Of a stretch of DNA of 33,060 bases, positions 32,113-33,060 are shown piece by piece. Source of the DNA: Craspedostauros australis (taxonomy: Eukaryota); assembly GCA_030167865.1 (NCBI GenBank), contig JALAGF010001101.1, positions 1 to 33,060 on the forward strand, in the 5' to 3' direction. Position numbers and translations under genes: made by a program. Within the stretch, counting starts at the first letter, position 1, and the number at the start of each line of letters is the position of its first letter. Below the pieces are notes generated by a model that saw only the letters and a list, made by a program, of their open reading frames with translations, made no database searches and had not been told where the DNA came from.

Positions 32113-32180
32113 CTTGCGGCAATACTCATGGCAATGCTTGTGGCAATACTAGTGACAACACTGGTGGCAATACTTGTGGC
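32113..32180 (+). repeat. Degenerate 12-bp tandem repeat CTTGTGGCAATA, about 5.7 copies, upstream of the LRR gene
   Basis: cttgcggcaata ctcatggcaatg cttgtggcaata ctagtgacaaca ctggtggcaata cttgtggc. Confidence 0.9.
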
Positions 32181-33060
32181 TCGGAGAAGTGCAGTGTGTC
32201 AGCTGTGGTGTCATGGAGCGTTCCCTCGGACTGTTGAGGATTCAGCAGATTCTGTGCGGGTCGCATGCAGAGAGTGAGGAGGACACGAACCGTGTCATCT
32301 TGTTGTTCGCATCTCATCTCTGCCTTGGTGATCGTCTTTCATCTTCTTTCATCCTGTCGCGGCTGTTGCGGCTGTTGCGCTGTTTTGTTCCCTTTCTCTC
32401 GTCTCTGGCCATCAGGTGGACTTGCGTTCGTGTCATTGGCACACGACGGATTGCTGGACAGAGACGGATTCGCACCATCCACAAGTGCTCAATCGGCTTC
32501 GCCAAAGCGGCTCGCGCCTTTCTGTTCCCGATTTTCTCCATGCCGAACTTCGACAGTCCCACAATCATTTCGCTTTCTCATCGATGCTTCGACTCTCGCA
32601 AGTGCAACGTGTGCGGGGGTCATCCTCCTCCCACGCTCCACGCACCGCTCTCACCACACAATGACTTTCCATTTTGGTGAGCGCCGAAAACGCTTTGGAC
32701 ACGATGTTCTTGTTCTTGTTCTTGAGTTAGTCGTTCGTACCGAATTCTCGCCATTGACACAAGCCTGGGAACCGCGGTAAAGACCATATATTGGTCGGAT
32801 TTTGCTTTGCTCACGCTTGAGGCGTGTTGTACGGTTTTGGGATCTGTCGAGTCAACCACTAATGGTATTACTAGAGCACGCCTTTCCCGTGTTGACTTGA
32901 CGTTGCGCTTATTTACGTACGTGCTCGACATGTCGTGCACGGTGTGCCAATGCCAATGATGTCCGCTTTGCGCTCGTTCCACCCCTGTCGTGTCTGCTCC
33001 AAGACATGCCAATTTCCAGACCCACGACATCACATCGCTGTCTTCTTGTCAATATGGCCC

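Noticed and set aside
32113..32180. Regularly spaced repeats here and at 27662-27700 as a CRISPR-like array
   Set aside because: Contiguous 12-bp units with no unique spacers, no cas genes, and a eukaryotic context.
32174..33033. ORFs 32174-32680 (+), 32265-32780 (+), 32314-32568 (-) and 32620-33033 (-)
   Set aside because: Mutually overlapping, with no recognisable domain or clear codon bias. Likely non-coding DNA upstream of the LRR gene.

Overview
This 33 kb window is eukaryotic nuclear DNA, most likely from a pennate diatom or related stramenopile (inferred from GT-AG introns, (CAA)n-rich 5' leaders and gene families typical of diatoms). I can support eight protein genes. In order: 40S ribosomal protein uS5/RPS2 (+); an HGH1-family eEF2 chaperone (-, 2 exons); a ~1600-aa low-complexity protein with two helicase-associated (HA) domains and no helicase (+); a plant-type FKBP12 (-, 2 exons) head-to-head with a PP6/Sit4-type Ser/Thr phosphatase (+, 2 exons); a Sulfotransfer_4-type sulfotransferase with a C-terminal hydrophobic segment (-, 2 exons); an ornithine cyclodeaminase/mu-crystallin-family enzyme with a probable mitochondrial presequence (+); and an RNI-like leucine-rich-repeat protein (-). 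A possible gene tail sits at the left edge. Two gene-poor stretches (about 6.0-11.0 kb and 15.9-20.3 kb) hold no recognisable product. I found no rRNA, tRNA, CRISPR or intact transposon. The best leads are the transcription-factor-like HA protein, the divergent FKBP12-PP6 pair (both TOR-linked families), the Cys26/Cys80 plant-type FKBP12, an acidic insertion in PP6, and recurrent 12-bp tandem repeats. Family calls come from recognising motifs by eye, not from database searches, and I cannot demonstrate a new system from the sequence alone.
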